A DNA stretch of 63,943 bases, the filler included, from Folioceros fuciformis (Eukaryota), in NCBI GenBank assembly GCA_049999805.1. It is 5 parts of 3 records of this genome, joined end to end, with 100 filler letters (N's around TTAATTAATTAA, not from the genome) between each part and the next. Parts side by side here need not be neighbours in the genome. Positions count along the whole stretch, not along the records: positions 41,110 to 62,226 come from JBNGIO010006184.1; 4 more parts are not named here. The stretch is one strand, 5' to 3'. Below the pieces are notes generated by a model. The model was not told the origin of the DNA. It made no database searches and saw only the letters and a program-made list of their open reading frames with translations. The first letter of the stretch is position 1. Each line of letters begins with the position of its first letter. Positions 49,019 through 61,020 of the stretch are shown in pieces. Made by a program: the position numbers and the translations under genes.

Positions 49019-51289
49019 GGATAACTGGCGTACAACACTATTGGATGCTGCAAATCCATGACCAAGGTTTCAAGCCCAATGCCCATGTTGCGAAGGGTAA
49101 ACAATGGCATGCTAGTGAGCTTAACAACTAGCTCCTCAATTGCTAGGGTCATGGGCAGCAAGTAGATAGAATACTGACCTACCTTGAGGGACTTGGCACC
49201 CGGTGACCTTCCCATGCTTGGCTGTTCTCCAGCTGCAACAAAAGGCTCTTGTTCTTGCATGGGGATGGCCATGCCTGGAGGCAACGGAGTGAAGGACTTG
49301 GGCATTACAACCTGTGCTCCCCGCTGCCATGTGAGTGGTCCAGGGATGCTAACAGCTTCACATTGTGCGCGGGCTTCACACATCTAACATCGCCCCAACA
49401 TCCACCACAATAGTAATTGCAACGATTCTCCTACCTACTCGCTCCATGAAATCTAATCGCTTGGGCCTCCCAATTTCATATAGCCAGCTAGTCATGGTGC
49501 ATAAGCTAAAATCACTTCACGTCAACACCTCGAGTGAGCAGCTAAGGTCATCAAGAAAGTCTCCTTGCTATCCACAATGCTCAATTGTGAAGCCAATGTC
49601 CACCGTAACAGCACTTGCAGCGATCCTCCTTCTTGCTCGCTCTAGAGAAATCCTCCTCCCCATGGATGGAGCAATGCTGCCTATGGCTTCTTATCCTCCG
49701 ATGCAAGAAGCCTACTATTACCGTGCCATCCCTTCCTGATGTCTATCTAGCTTGAGCCCCACTTGAACTCCTTGCCGAATCGAAACGAGATCAGTGTATC
49801 GGTGTCATTGAAAGGTTTGCAAGCCAGATTGATTGGAAGCACTTTGCTATATCAAGAGAATTTGTGTCTCGCCCCGCCTGCGTATCTCGCATCGCTGCCC
49901 CGTCGCTCATCTTTGGTCCCAAACTGAACCAAGGTGACAAATCTCCATGAGTGTAAGCCCTCTCCTAAGCATGCTACTCCCTCTTGTGGTAGCCATGAGC
50001 TCCACTACGGGTCTTGCAATCTCGAAATTGTCATCCCTCTCTCGATCGCTTAGCTCTAATACCATATGTAAAGAAACATTGGTCTCGCTAACAAGCCCAT
50101 AGCCATAAAGGAAAACAAGGAACCCCTCAGTTCAGCAAGCAGTCCCTTCTTGTAGCCTATGCCATGGGTCCTAGTTTGGGTTCTTGACCCTGGTTAGTTG
50201 ACTAGCTACTTGAGTTAGTTACTAACTAGAGTTCATTTAACTTGAGTTACTTCACCCGTAGGCCTAACCCTAACTATTTATCTGGTTCTCTTCTAAACTC
50301 TAGGCATGCTCTAAGCTGATATACTTGTAGCCATTGTTCGTATCCTAGCAATTGCATCTAGGCACTCATGAGGTGCCCCATCCTAGTTCTCATAAAGCTA
50401 CTATCAACTCGTTAGCTCACAACTATGGTTGGCCGTGACAGTGACAGATCAACCACAGTATCCTCTAAGTTGGCGTGTGAAACATGTTCAAACGTTCGGA
50501 TGAATGACTCTACATCCACATCCTTGCATTTGTCTCCAAATTTGATGTACGTGGAATCCACATGGTGACTGGATCCCTTGGGAAAAGTCAGTCGGCTCTG
50601 GGCAGGCAGGTGGCTTCCAGGATCAATCAAGCAAGCGGGCGCTGTCGGGATGGCAGGCCAGTCGACTCTGAGTAGGCAGGCGGGCGGATGCAAGCATGTG
50701 GCTGGCTGGCTGCCAGGCAGGCAAGCGGGTGGCAGCGCATCCAGGTAGTAGGGTGGCTGGACCGGATCAGCGGGCAGGCGGCTGGCAGGATCAAGGCAGG
50801 TTGGCAGGCTGCTGGCTGGCTGGCTGGATCGGCCAGGCGGTGGTGTTGATCAAGAAGGCTGAGTTGCGGTTGCGCAGGCAGGCGGACTGGATGGCAAGGA
50901 GGCAAGTAGGCGGCTGGCAGGCATCCGGCGGTGGCACAGACGGGCGGCAAGCTGGCTGATAAGGAAGGCTGGACCGTGGCAAGCAGGTCAGCAAGTAGGC
51001 TGGCTGATCAGGAAGGCTGAATCGCGATAAGCAGGTCAGCAGGCAGGTTGGTTGATCATAAAGGTTGGATCGTAGCAACAGCGATCTAGCCTTCCTCGAA
51101 TGGCGGCTGCAGCAGCTGCGTGTGTTTGCGGGGTGTCGGCTTTTGACCTCCGGAGCTGGGATGGTACGAATGCTGGTGCACAGGAGGGAAAGGAGAGGAT
51201 GTTCCTGCAGGAGCGAAAGACCATGGACAGTGGTGTGGATAGCAACGAGGGGAAGAACTCGGACAGTTCGTGTGAGAGTGGATATTTCC

Positions 51290-51585
51290 CCAGTGACCAG
51301 ATGAAGTTCATACACCTGCTGAATGTGGAGGTGAAAAAGTCCAGCAAGTTCTTCATCAAAAAGGAGGAGTATGTGATTCGTCTGTAGGATGTGAAGAGAA
51401 GGATAGAGATGAAGGAGGCGGCTCAGGCCAAGCCGCAGCTGTCGATGGATCATCAAAGCAAAATGAAGACCAGCTTCAGGCAGATGATTACGTTTCATGG
51501 AGAGATGGTGTTGCTAGAGATATACAGCTCGCTCAATTACGCTAGCCTGGTGAAGATCTTGAAGAAGCATGATAAGTGCAGGCGA
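51290..51585 (+). pseudogene. Captured SPX-domain gene fragment (SPX1-4 type phosphate sensor), intronless
   Basis: FIHLLNVEVKK..KFFIKKEEYVIRL*...[28 protein letters not shown] in a single frame. Confidence 0.8.
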
Positions 51586-52291
51586 GGAGAGTAGGTGGCA
51601 GGGCCTAGAAGCAACCGGCTAGAGCTGGTGGACGGACCTGGATGGGCGGGTGCATAGTTCTCTGGTTGGGGTTGAAGGTATTCCCGAATTCGAGCCTGGC
51701 CGATGCACATCAAGTTGGAAACGGAGAAGTCGGAGATCAGGTTCCATCCAAGGCCAGGTTTCAGCCTACAAGACGAATGCCAATTTGGCCACTTCGCCAA
51801 ACTCGGATGATCCGATTAATCAGCAGCAACGCAGCATGAAGTGTGCAATTTGAGGCGTGTGCGCATGTGCGGAAAGGAGGTAGGCATGGCAAATCGGGGA
51901 CAGTGGGAAGCATGTTTTTTGGGTCAATTCTTTCAAGTTCCAACACGGTGGTGGAATAACAGGCATGCTAAGAGAAGTAAGCGTTTGCTTGACGTTTGGC
52001 AAAGAGAATTCCAGGAGGGGCTCGAGCTGCACCACCTCTACAAGTCAGCCTGGGTGAAGTCGAAGCTTGCTGCTTGGGATGTGGATATGGGTCGTGAGGT
52101 CTCGAAGCCCAAATCTAGCTTGCCTGCTGGGACAATCTCAAGGCGGATGCTCTTGGCCAGTGTAGCCAACACGATGGGGGCTGGAGGCCTTGAAGAAGGT
52201 GCAGGATGATTTGAGGGAGAAGGTGGAGTAATTGCAAGGGAAGTGGCTGCAGACTGGTTCCAAAAGGCCAGCTTGGCAGTTTCTCATAGGC

Positions 52292-52476
52292 TGGCGTAAG
52301 GGTTAGGTTCTTGACAGGTGGTGTAAGGGTTAGGTTCTTGACAGGTGGCGTAAGGGTTAGGTTCTTGACNNNNNNNNNNGTAAGGGTTAGGTTCTTGACA
52401 GGTGGCGTAAGGGTTAGGTTCTTGACTGAGGGTTAGGTTCTTGACAGGTGGTGTAAGGGTTAGGTTCTTGACAGGT
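52292..52476. repeat. 27-bp tandem repeat, at least 6 copies, spanning a 10-N gap
   Basis: Repeated GGYGTAAGGGTTAGGTTCTTGACAGGT. Confidence 0.9.
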
Positions 52477-54696
52477 GTGAAAGATTTTGACCGTGTGGAT
52501 TGATGTTGACCTTGGTGGAGAGTGATGGGGGTTCTTGGCTAAGATAGTATAATGGGCCAGCTCTGCCATTTAAGAGGGGGCAGGCTTTGGTGTGATTCTC
52601 CTTGTTCCTTGTGAGCAGGTTGTCGGATTAAGACGTTGATCCGTGTGAGAGTGCACCTTGGGCTTGATCCCCTTGCCGTTAAGGGGGATGTGGTGGATCC
52701 CTAAGCTACCAAGATCTGAGTGGCCAGATCTGTGGGTGTGGACCCTTCTTGTATGTTGGTTGAGGTGCCTTGACGTCCTTGGGTGGGTTCCAAGGTAAGA
52801 GTTGCTGGGCTGTGAGCCAAGGAGGCTATCCAACTCAAGACCTCACATCTCCCTAAGCCTTAAGGTTGCAGGTGGAAAAATTGATGTGTTGCAAATTCCA
52901 AGAGCTAGAGAGTTGTGTTGTGAATTTCAGGGTATTACATTTTCAGCTGTTGAAGTAGCTTGTGTATGCATTAGGAATAAAGTTAGGAGTTAAACTTTAT
53001 TGCCCTAACTACTGTTAGGGTTGGGTAGGGGTTGACACGGTAGGATAACTTAGTTTGAAGATAACTTAGTGTGAATGCCTTGCACGAGATCACTCCCTTG
53101 GGAATGAGATTCTCCCTTGGGAATGAATCTCAGGACTGCAACAGCAAAAGGGTTAATGTGAACCTCTTGGTGATCCTTTGGTCTAGAGGGTCACTCCACA
53201 TTAGCCATTTTGTGGGTAGTATTCAAAGCTCCTCCCGCTGCATTTCCTAAAACACCAAATGAATTGGTAGCAGGCTGCACAGAAGCAAAACAAGAAAGAT
53301 CAGAAATTGGCAAATCACAAGGGAGTATATGGGACCAACTCCCCTGAGTGCGAACAGGTCCATTTATGGCACTACCCCTCGAACCGGGAAACCTGGCTAC
53401 ATAAAAATCTGGTTCCCTTAGTTGAGCACGTCTAGTTGCTTGCAAATCTCTTGTTGATGGCGTAGGTTAAGGCAGTGCGTTGTGCATCACACAAAAACAA
53501 CCTCCATTTGTTCTTGTCCACCAAAAAACAGTTTCACTCCCGACAACGGGGCCAAAAATGTGGCACTTAGGTCCTCGAAACCCCGAGGACCCTTGCAGAG
53601 TGGCCACACCCATTGTCGTTGTAGGCTTATTATCCACGGACACTTAACTGACATTGACCAACACCTGACATTTATTGTCATGTTAGACCTAGGATTTTGT
53701 TTTCCTACTACTACGGAGGACTGACAATACAACTCTACAAAACACTCACAAAAAACACCCTTGATGGCTGTAGGTAAACCTACAGAAACAAGACCAACAA
53801 TTTCACTCCTTCTTACACAAATAATAGAATAATAAAGTGAAAGCTGCTTAGACATTGACATGTCAGACTTGGGGGGGAACATGAAGACTTTATAAAAAAA
53901 GAGATGGAAGTTCCATCTACCCCGTGACAAGGGGAACAACCCACAGTGGGGAAAAGCCAAGAAAGGGGGCCTAACCCCCTCATCCATCTAGCCTGTAACT
54001 CCCTATCGCCCCTAAGATGTCATATTTAGGTATGAGGTATGGCCTACTTACCATTGGGGCCGCTAAAGCTGCATCCGCCACGTTTGATGTCGTCTGAAAA
54101 ATCGTGTTTACCAAGCACTCAAACCTATAGGATAGGAACCTATCCCATATCCAAAAATTTCACATTCCACACCCACCTTCTCCTAGCCTAGGTCTGCTTC
54201 GGGAAATTCTCAACAGGACATTCCTAGATCAAATCCAATACCGTGGTTCATCATCAGAGTCCTTAGATTGCATTCCCCATGAAAAGTGTACCCAACATAT
54301 AATAGTTGCTCCTCAATTGTCACTAACAGTCAACTAAATTGCCACCAATCAAAGCACTTGCAAAACAAAATCTGCTCCTAGAAAAATCATAGAGACTCAC
54401 ATCACTTCTTCATCACACTAACACATGAGTCCTTAAAGTCAGCATGTTGGTTCTTCTTGGCGTGAAGTTTGGGAGGCCATGCTCCCTTCTAATCTAGCCT
54501 AGTCTAGCTACACTCTGAGACTTGAATGTAACTCTAGCATATTTTCATAGCTGCAAATGGAAAAACTTGAAAAACACACTCAAGTTGTAGTTCCTGGCAT
54601 GAGCAAATGTAGCACAAGCAAAACCTTGTTGTTCTAAACTTTCAAATACAATTAGTCTCTAGATAGAACTTTAAATTGAACACAAAGCATACCAAT

Positions 54697-54850
54697 TGCT
54701 ACAAGAAAAGATGCTAGTGCACAAGTTGCATAAAATGACAATTAATTAAACTCAACCAAAAAAAAGGTATTATATACAAAGTGTCTTTTCATAACTATGG
54801 TTAATTAACCCTAAGGTAGGTTATACTAAAATAACCCCTTATTATTAACA
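54697..54850 (-). repeat. 3' LTR of the full-length copia
   Basis: TG...CA, near-identical to 61021-61174, adjacent to PPT TAAGTGGGAG. Confidence 0.95.
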
Positions 54851-55454
54851 CTCCCACTTAACCTACTCTTAGGTTAAAGGTAGAATCCCTCTCAGGTTAA
54901 AAGTAAAAAAAACTTAACCACTAGGAAAACTTTATAACGGAACGGTGTCACGCAACGGAACGGAACAGAAAAACCCCAGAGAACGTGCAGCGGGAAATTA
55001 AAGCCGCATAAACTTGCACATGCGAAAACCAACTCACGAAATCCCCACGGCGATTCGCACACGCGCGGCCGCTACACGAGAACGGACCACGACGAGAACA
55101 CACGCGCGACACATAACACAGAGCACGAAGCCAGCTTGTGATCCGCGAGTCCTCTACAAGACATCGCGATGCCGCCGCGAGGCGCCCGTCCAGCAATCCG
55201 GCGCGGGACTTGTCCTGCTGCCTCGCAAGCGCGGGGCGATCCCGCTGCTGGTTCAGCACGGGCTGATGAAATGCCAGAAGGCTCACAACCCAGCCATCCA
55301 GAGATTGAGGAACGACGCAGGCTGACCCCGTCCTCGTTCTTGCTCTGATCTCGATCTAATCACCTTTGCTTTCGGTCTTGGCAGGTCTCGCGGAGTGCTG
55401 TTGGTTCACGCTCACCATCTCATCACGTTCAGGCTCAGCACCTGCAGGGCTTCC

Positions 55455-55694
55455 ATGGCGCGGACTAAGCAGAAAAGAGGCACCAAGGCCAGCCCGCTGT
55501 GGAGGAAGAGTGTGAGGAGACCATCAACACTGAAGCATCGAGTGAGAAGTGGTGGCCGACGCAGGCGGACCGAAACTAGATTGTTCACTTGCTCCAAACC
55601 TCACAGAAGTGTGAGGAAATTGAGAACCTCCTCAAATCAGCCAGGCTGCGTGTCTTGGAGCAACTGGATGTGCAACTCCAGCATGAAACTGTGA
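55455..55694 (+). CDS. Putative antisense accessory ORF in the copia 3' region, starting MARTKQ (may be frameshifted or spliced)
   Basis: ATG in CCATGG context after a TGCAG acceptor-like site; GTGAGT donor-like site at ~55691. Confidence 0.4.
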   Translation: MARTKQKRGTKASPLWRKSVRRPSTLKHRVRSGGRRRRTETRLFTCSKPHRSVRKLRTSSNQPGCVSWSNWMCNSSMKL

Positions 55695-55901
55695 GTTCAA
55701 AAAAAAAACCACCAACACCTGCTGTCCTCTACGTTTTTCCTTTCCAAGTTCATTGTTTTTTTTTTTCTTTCCTTTTTTTTTTTTTGCCAACAACACTAAT
55801 CAGGCTTTAACTGAGTAGAAAGTCTGGCTTAGCACTTGTAGGCTCATAGTTCTCCTCCTCTTTTTTTGTGTGATCTCACTGCTGAGCTTACAGCACAGGT
55901 C

Positions 55902-58900
55902 TTAGACAGTTTTTCTAGTGACTGTAAATGCACGCAGCCCACATGCTGCACTATGTTTATAATGTTTGATCTTTGGTAGTCCTTTTGTTAGGAGATCAGC
56001 TGTGTTATCTTCAGTGTTCACATATTCAACTTTAACCAGTCCTCTCTCAGCCACATCTCTTATATAGTGATGGTATAATTCGATGTGCTTTGTTCGAGCA
56101 TGAAACCGGGGGTTGGACACAAGGGCAATAGCAGACATGTTGTCACATTTCAGCTGAGTTGATCCAACTTGTGTTTGTTGTACAGAATCAAGGAATTGGC
56201 GCTCCCACTCAGCTTCTTTACATGCATCTGTTAAGGCCTTGTATTCAGCCTCAGTGGAGGACAAAGCTAACGATGTTTGCTTTTTGCAGCTCCAGCTGAC
56301 AACACCTGAAGCCAAGATAAAGCAGTATGCTGAAAGGCTCCTTCTAGTGTCAGAATCAGCTGCCCAATCAGCATCAGCAAAAGAGGTCAGTATAAATTTA
56401 TTGTGTCCACTAGCTGTATAGTGAAGTCCCCAATTTAGTGTGCCTCTTAAATACCGATAAATTCTCTTAACCGCTGACCAGTGAGTTCTCCCAAGTGCCT
56501 TCAACAACTGGGAAACAATGCTAACAGCATAGGAAATATCTGGACGGGTCCAGTTAGCAAGGAAAATCAGGCAACCAACGGTTTCAGCATATGGAACAGC
56601 AGCCATATCAGTAAGTTCTTCAGAACTTTGAGGAGATTGCTCTGCTGTCAATTTTTCTCCCACTGCTGAAGGCGTAGTGACTGGTCTTGCTTCAGCTAAA
56701 TTAAACCGTTTGAGTATTTCCATTATATATTTGGTCTGATGTAAGATTACCACTCCCTTGTCACGATGTCTCAGAATTTGAATACCCAAGCAATATTGCA
56801 GCTCACCTTGGTCAGTCATCTCAAACTCTGCCCTCAGCATGTCTTTGACTTTAGATAGTAAAGTCATATTGTTAGTAACAAGGATGGCATCATCCACATA
56901 CAGGGCTAATATAACAAACTTGCTGTCTTCTGAAAAGAAGAAAACATTGGAGTCTGCAGGTAGTCACTGTACAAAGCCAAGCTTCTGAAGATATTTCACA
57001 ATTCGTTTGTACCAAGCTCGAGGACTTTTCTTTAATCCATAAATAGTTTTAAGTAGCTTACATACTTTATTTGGATATTTCTTACCAACAAACCCCTCTG
57101 GCTGTTGCATGTACAGGGTTTCTTCAAGCTCTCCATCAAGAAAAGCGGTACACACGTCCATTTGGTGAACTTCCAAGTTATATTCAGCTGCCATAGCAAG
57201 GAGAATTCTAACAGATGGGGGTTTAACAACAGGTGAGAAGGTATCACCATAATCCAAACCAGGTATTTGACTAAACCCTCTCGCTACAAGTCTTGATTTG
57301 TAACGTGCAACTGTGCCATCTGATTTGAGCTTTGTTTTAAAAACCCATTTACAGCTGATTGGCTTACGCCCAGGTGGCAACTCCTCTAACACCCATGTGT
57401 TGTTTTTGACTAAGGAATTAAATTCATCATCAATGGAGATTCGCCACTTATCACCATCAGGGCCATTGATAGCCTCTGAATAGGATTGGGGGTCAGGTCT
57501 CATGTCAGGTACATATATTTCAGCAATATGGGCCTGTCCGAAATTAACTGATTCATATGGTTTCTCTAACCAATTCTCACGTGTACGCCTCTCTCTCATA
57601 GGATAACGAGGTTGATCCTGGATTTGGGCTTGTGGAACTTAAGGTAAGACCTCTCGCACAATTTCAGCTGTACTGTGTGTAGAATGTTGAGAGGCTACTG
57701 ACCCTTCATCCTCAAAAGGATCATCAACTCCTTCAACTTGTGGTAAATTCTCCTCAAAGGCTTCATGAACATCTGTATTTTCAGCAACCACTTCCTCCCC
57801 ATCAGATAAAGGAAATTCAGCAAACTGATTAGGCTCAAGGTCACCCTCAGCATCTTCATCTTGTATTTGATTAAAATGCTGTTGTATATTTGAGCCATCT
57901 TCTGAATAAGACAGGTCTTCATGAGCATCTTCTACAGATGTTGAAGCTTCAGGACGTGGTGAAGACAACTCTTCAAATGTCACACTCCTAGCTAAGGTAA
58001 TAGTTGAAGTATTGGAGTCAAATAATTTATATGCCTTAGATTCTTCAGAATAGCCTAGGAAAATTAGAGCCTTTGCCCTATCATCTAACTTCCTGCGTTT
58101 CTGTTGAGGAATAAGGGCAAATGCAGGGGAACCAAAAACTCTTAGGTGAAGCAAGCTTGGTTTTCTTCCCCAGAATGATTCATAGGGAGTTTTATCAGGC
58201 ACAGACTTTGTCAACACTCTATTTAGAATGTAAGTTGTTGTGACTATGGCCTCAGCCCAGAAACGCTTTGAAAGTCCTACCCATGAAAGCATGCTTCGAG
58301 TCATTCCCATAAGTGTTTGGTTCTTGCGTTCTGCCACACCATTTTGCTGTTGCGTATATGGTATGGAAAATTGCCTTGTGATTCCAAATTGATCAAATAG
58401 GGAGTCATATTTGTGACCTACAAATTCACCTCCATTATCTGATCTCATACACTTGACTAACTTTCCAGTTTGCCTTTGTACCATAGGTATCCAGGATGAT
58501 ATCTTGTCAAAAGCATCACTTTTCTATTTAAGAGGAAAGGTCCAAGTGTACCTACTGAAATCATCAGTCAAGGTTAAGTAGTACTCCGCTCCTCCTAGCG
58601 AAGGTACCTGTATCTTCCCAGCAATGTCCATGTGAATCAATCCTAGAACGCAATCAGCTCTTGTAGCATTTTTGTTCTTGAAAGGAAGCTCCTTTTGTTT
58701 AGAGAGTACACATGACTTGCAGACTGGAAGGTGCTTAAAGCATGAAGGTAACTTTTCTTTATAATAGTCACCTGTGGACATTAAGTCTAGCTTGACCTTA
58801 TTTACATGTCCAAGTCTAGCATGCCATAGATTTGCTAGAGACTTAGATGTAGCAACATTCACAGCTGGACTATGATCTCCCACTGAAAGCTGATAGAGAT

Positions 58901-60284
58901 CATTCTTAAGTAACCCTCTAGCTAAACACACACTAGGTTGTGTTATGCTATACAAACAGCAGGAGTCCTTAACAAAGCAAAAAGCAAACTCTGACATTTG
59001 TGTAAGTGCTCTAATTGACAACAGGTTCTTTGACTTGTCAGGAACATAAAGTACATCCAGCAATTCAAGAGTGAATTCACTAGAGATAGGTACACTTACT
59101 GTTCCACTTCCTAGTACCTTCACAGCACGTGAATCTCCCACATACACTGACTATGGGAATGACTGTCTAATGAAGGTAGTGAACAGGTGGTGATTGTTAC
59201 ACACATGTGAGGTCGCCCCTGAGTCAATGAACCAAAGAGAGGGATGCTCTCTTGTTGAAGTCAAGCAGACGGTCAACACTGTTGAGCTGCTCTTTTGAGC
59301 ACTTTGGGTACTAGAAGATTTGTTGCCTCTTTCAGCAACATGAGCTTCAAGTTTTGGCTCCTTGCGAGCTTCTCCTGATTTCTTCTTACGGCACTCTCTT
59401 TCCCAGTGGCCAGGGAGCTGACACCAATTACAGTTGCCTTGCCTTTTGGGATTTCCAGGTGGGGTTTTCTTACCCTTACCCTTCCCCTTCCCAAAAGGCT
59501 TCTTCATTGCAACTAACACTTTCTCTGTTCTAACCTTTGTAGAACCAGAAGGCCGATGGCGAGTCTGCTCCTCTTGATGGAGAGCTCCCACTAGCTCATT
59601 GAAAGTGAGGGTGCCAGCACCACCTGCTTTAACTGCGGCAACAGAGGTGCGCAAGGCTACATTCTGTGTGGACACAAAGTTTGGATAGGAGGAAGGAAGA
59701 CTGGACAACAATTGTGCAACTGTGTCTATATCAGATACAGTTCCACCAAGCTGAACAATTTGTTGTCTCAAGTAGCGGAAGCGGGTAATGTGAGCACTCA
59801 TTGTATCTCCCTCCTTCATTCTTAGTCCATAGAATTCATTCCTAGCAGCAACAAGAGTCAATATATTCCTTACTTGATATGTATCATGTAGTTGTGTCCA
59901 GACATCTGCTGCAGTTGGTAGAAACTCCACCTCCATAACTGTGGCCTCATCAAGGCCTGAAAGTAGCATAGCAAATGCCAATTTGTTACCCTTTTTCCAT
60001 TTATCAATTTCAGTTTGTTGTGCTGCAGGGCCAGGTTGTTCAAAGGTGCCATCCACAAATTCCAGAACATCATGGGCATCAAGAAGGGCCTTCATTCTGG
60101 CACGCCAACTCTCAAATCGCTGTGGCTTGCCATCAAAGCGGTCCTTTTCTTTGAAGTCACCAGAGAATGCAGACGTTGTAGCAGAAGACATGTTTGCTGA
60201 CCCACTAAGTAAGCTAGAAGCAGCCAATTGTGAAATAAGCTGATCTAAAGCAGACATGTGCAGACAAAGTGGAAAAAGGAGCAA
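55902..60284 (-). pseudogene. Copia gag-pol polyprotein, single frame with four premature stops
   Basis: Gag, CNWCQLPGHWEREC, WFIDSGATSH, LWHARLGH, RSDNGGEF, QQNGVAERKN, RLVARGFSQ, LYVDD, ADWAAD, LSSTEAEY, RTKHIE; stops at 59151, 58524, 57639 and 56964. Confidence 0.95.
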
Positions 60285-60502
60285 ATATGAAGAGGCCTTG
60301 CACTACAAACACATGAAGAGGCATGTGAGGTAAGCAAAAGACCCATTCAATGTGAAAAGCTACCCTAATTTAATTAAAAATAGAATTAAATTAAATTAAA
60401 GGNNNNNNNNNNNNNNNNNNNNNNNNNNNNNNNNNNNNNNNNNNNNNNNNNNNNNNNNNNNNNNNNNNNNNNNNNNNNNNNNNNNNNNNNNNNNNNNNNN
60501 NN

Positions 60503-60880
60503 TGATTAGAAGTAGACTGTGCAGGTGCAATTTGAAATTCATACAATCTATTAACTGTTGCAGAAAAATCTTGCAAAATTAACAGCAAAAATTCCAAACG
60601 ATCCTCCAAAGCCTCAATTCTTTTAGGTACTTGATCAAGCCAAACCAGCCTGTTGTTCATTTGTTGGAGAAGACGCCTCTGAATATCTCCAGCACCTGAA
60701 TTAACCCTCTCAGCAGCAATTCTGTGGGAATTGTGTTGTGCAGGATGCAAGCGAGGAGGTGGGCACCTACTTTGTAGAGTAGAATGTAGGTGATTGTAGT
60801 GGGGATTGCTGCTCTCTCTACAATCTTTGGCCTTGTGAAGGCCTGAAGCTAGAAGAACAATAGCTTCCCCTTCTCCTCGT
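60503..60880 (-). CDS. Putative accessory coiled-coil ORF between PBS and gag of the full-length copia; runs into gap
   Basis: Open frame ...IQRRLLQQMNNRLVWLDQVPKRIEALEDRLEFLL...; same position as ORF 38990-39550. Confidence 0.4.
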
Positions 60881-61020
60881 CATCCTGCACAAAATTCACT
60901 AGCATAAATGCATTTTAACACTCTAAGTAGCACTCTATGCTAGACAATAGAAGTAGAGACAATCTTCTTCTACAATTAGCCATAGGACTACTAGATAAAA
61001 ATGCATGGGCTCTGATACCA

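Larger units (their letters stand above)
47050..50440 (-). mobile_element. Degenerate Ty3/gypsy-like LTR element: LTR - iMet PBS - gag - protease - C5 DNA methyltransferase; 3' truncated
   Basis: LTR ~50067-50440 (TGT...ACA), PBS variant TGGTATTAGAGC at 50053-50064, gag-like remnants, protease VLLDTG (~48545) and YDVLLGQEFL, then the DNMT domain. Confidence 0.75.
50441..53180 (-). mobile_element. Decayed gypsy-like gag/leader region that hosts the DNMT element and the SPX fragment; boundaries approximate
   Basis: Gag-like KFGDK..DVDVESFIRTFE at 50470-50550, cut by the LTR at 50440; low-complexity GCAGGC/GGCTG tract at 50620-51060. Confidence 0.4.

Noticed and set aside
50620-51060. Pro/Ala/Cys-rich ORFs on both strands
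   Set aside because: Products of a GCAG/GCTG low-complexity tract.
52292-52476. AGGGTTAGG-containing array as possible interstitial telomere
   Set aside because: 27-bp minisatellite with only one partial telomere-like word per unit.
53190-54690. Coding-like decayed sequence flanking the full-length copia (continues at 61180-61810)
   Set aside because: Probably an old transposon or pseudogene, but I could not recognise any family motif.
55902-60284. Idea that the in-frame stops are repaired by U-to-C RNA editing
   Set aside because: U-to-C editing is established only for organellar transcripts; mutational decay is the simpler explanation for a nuclear retrotransposon.
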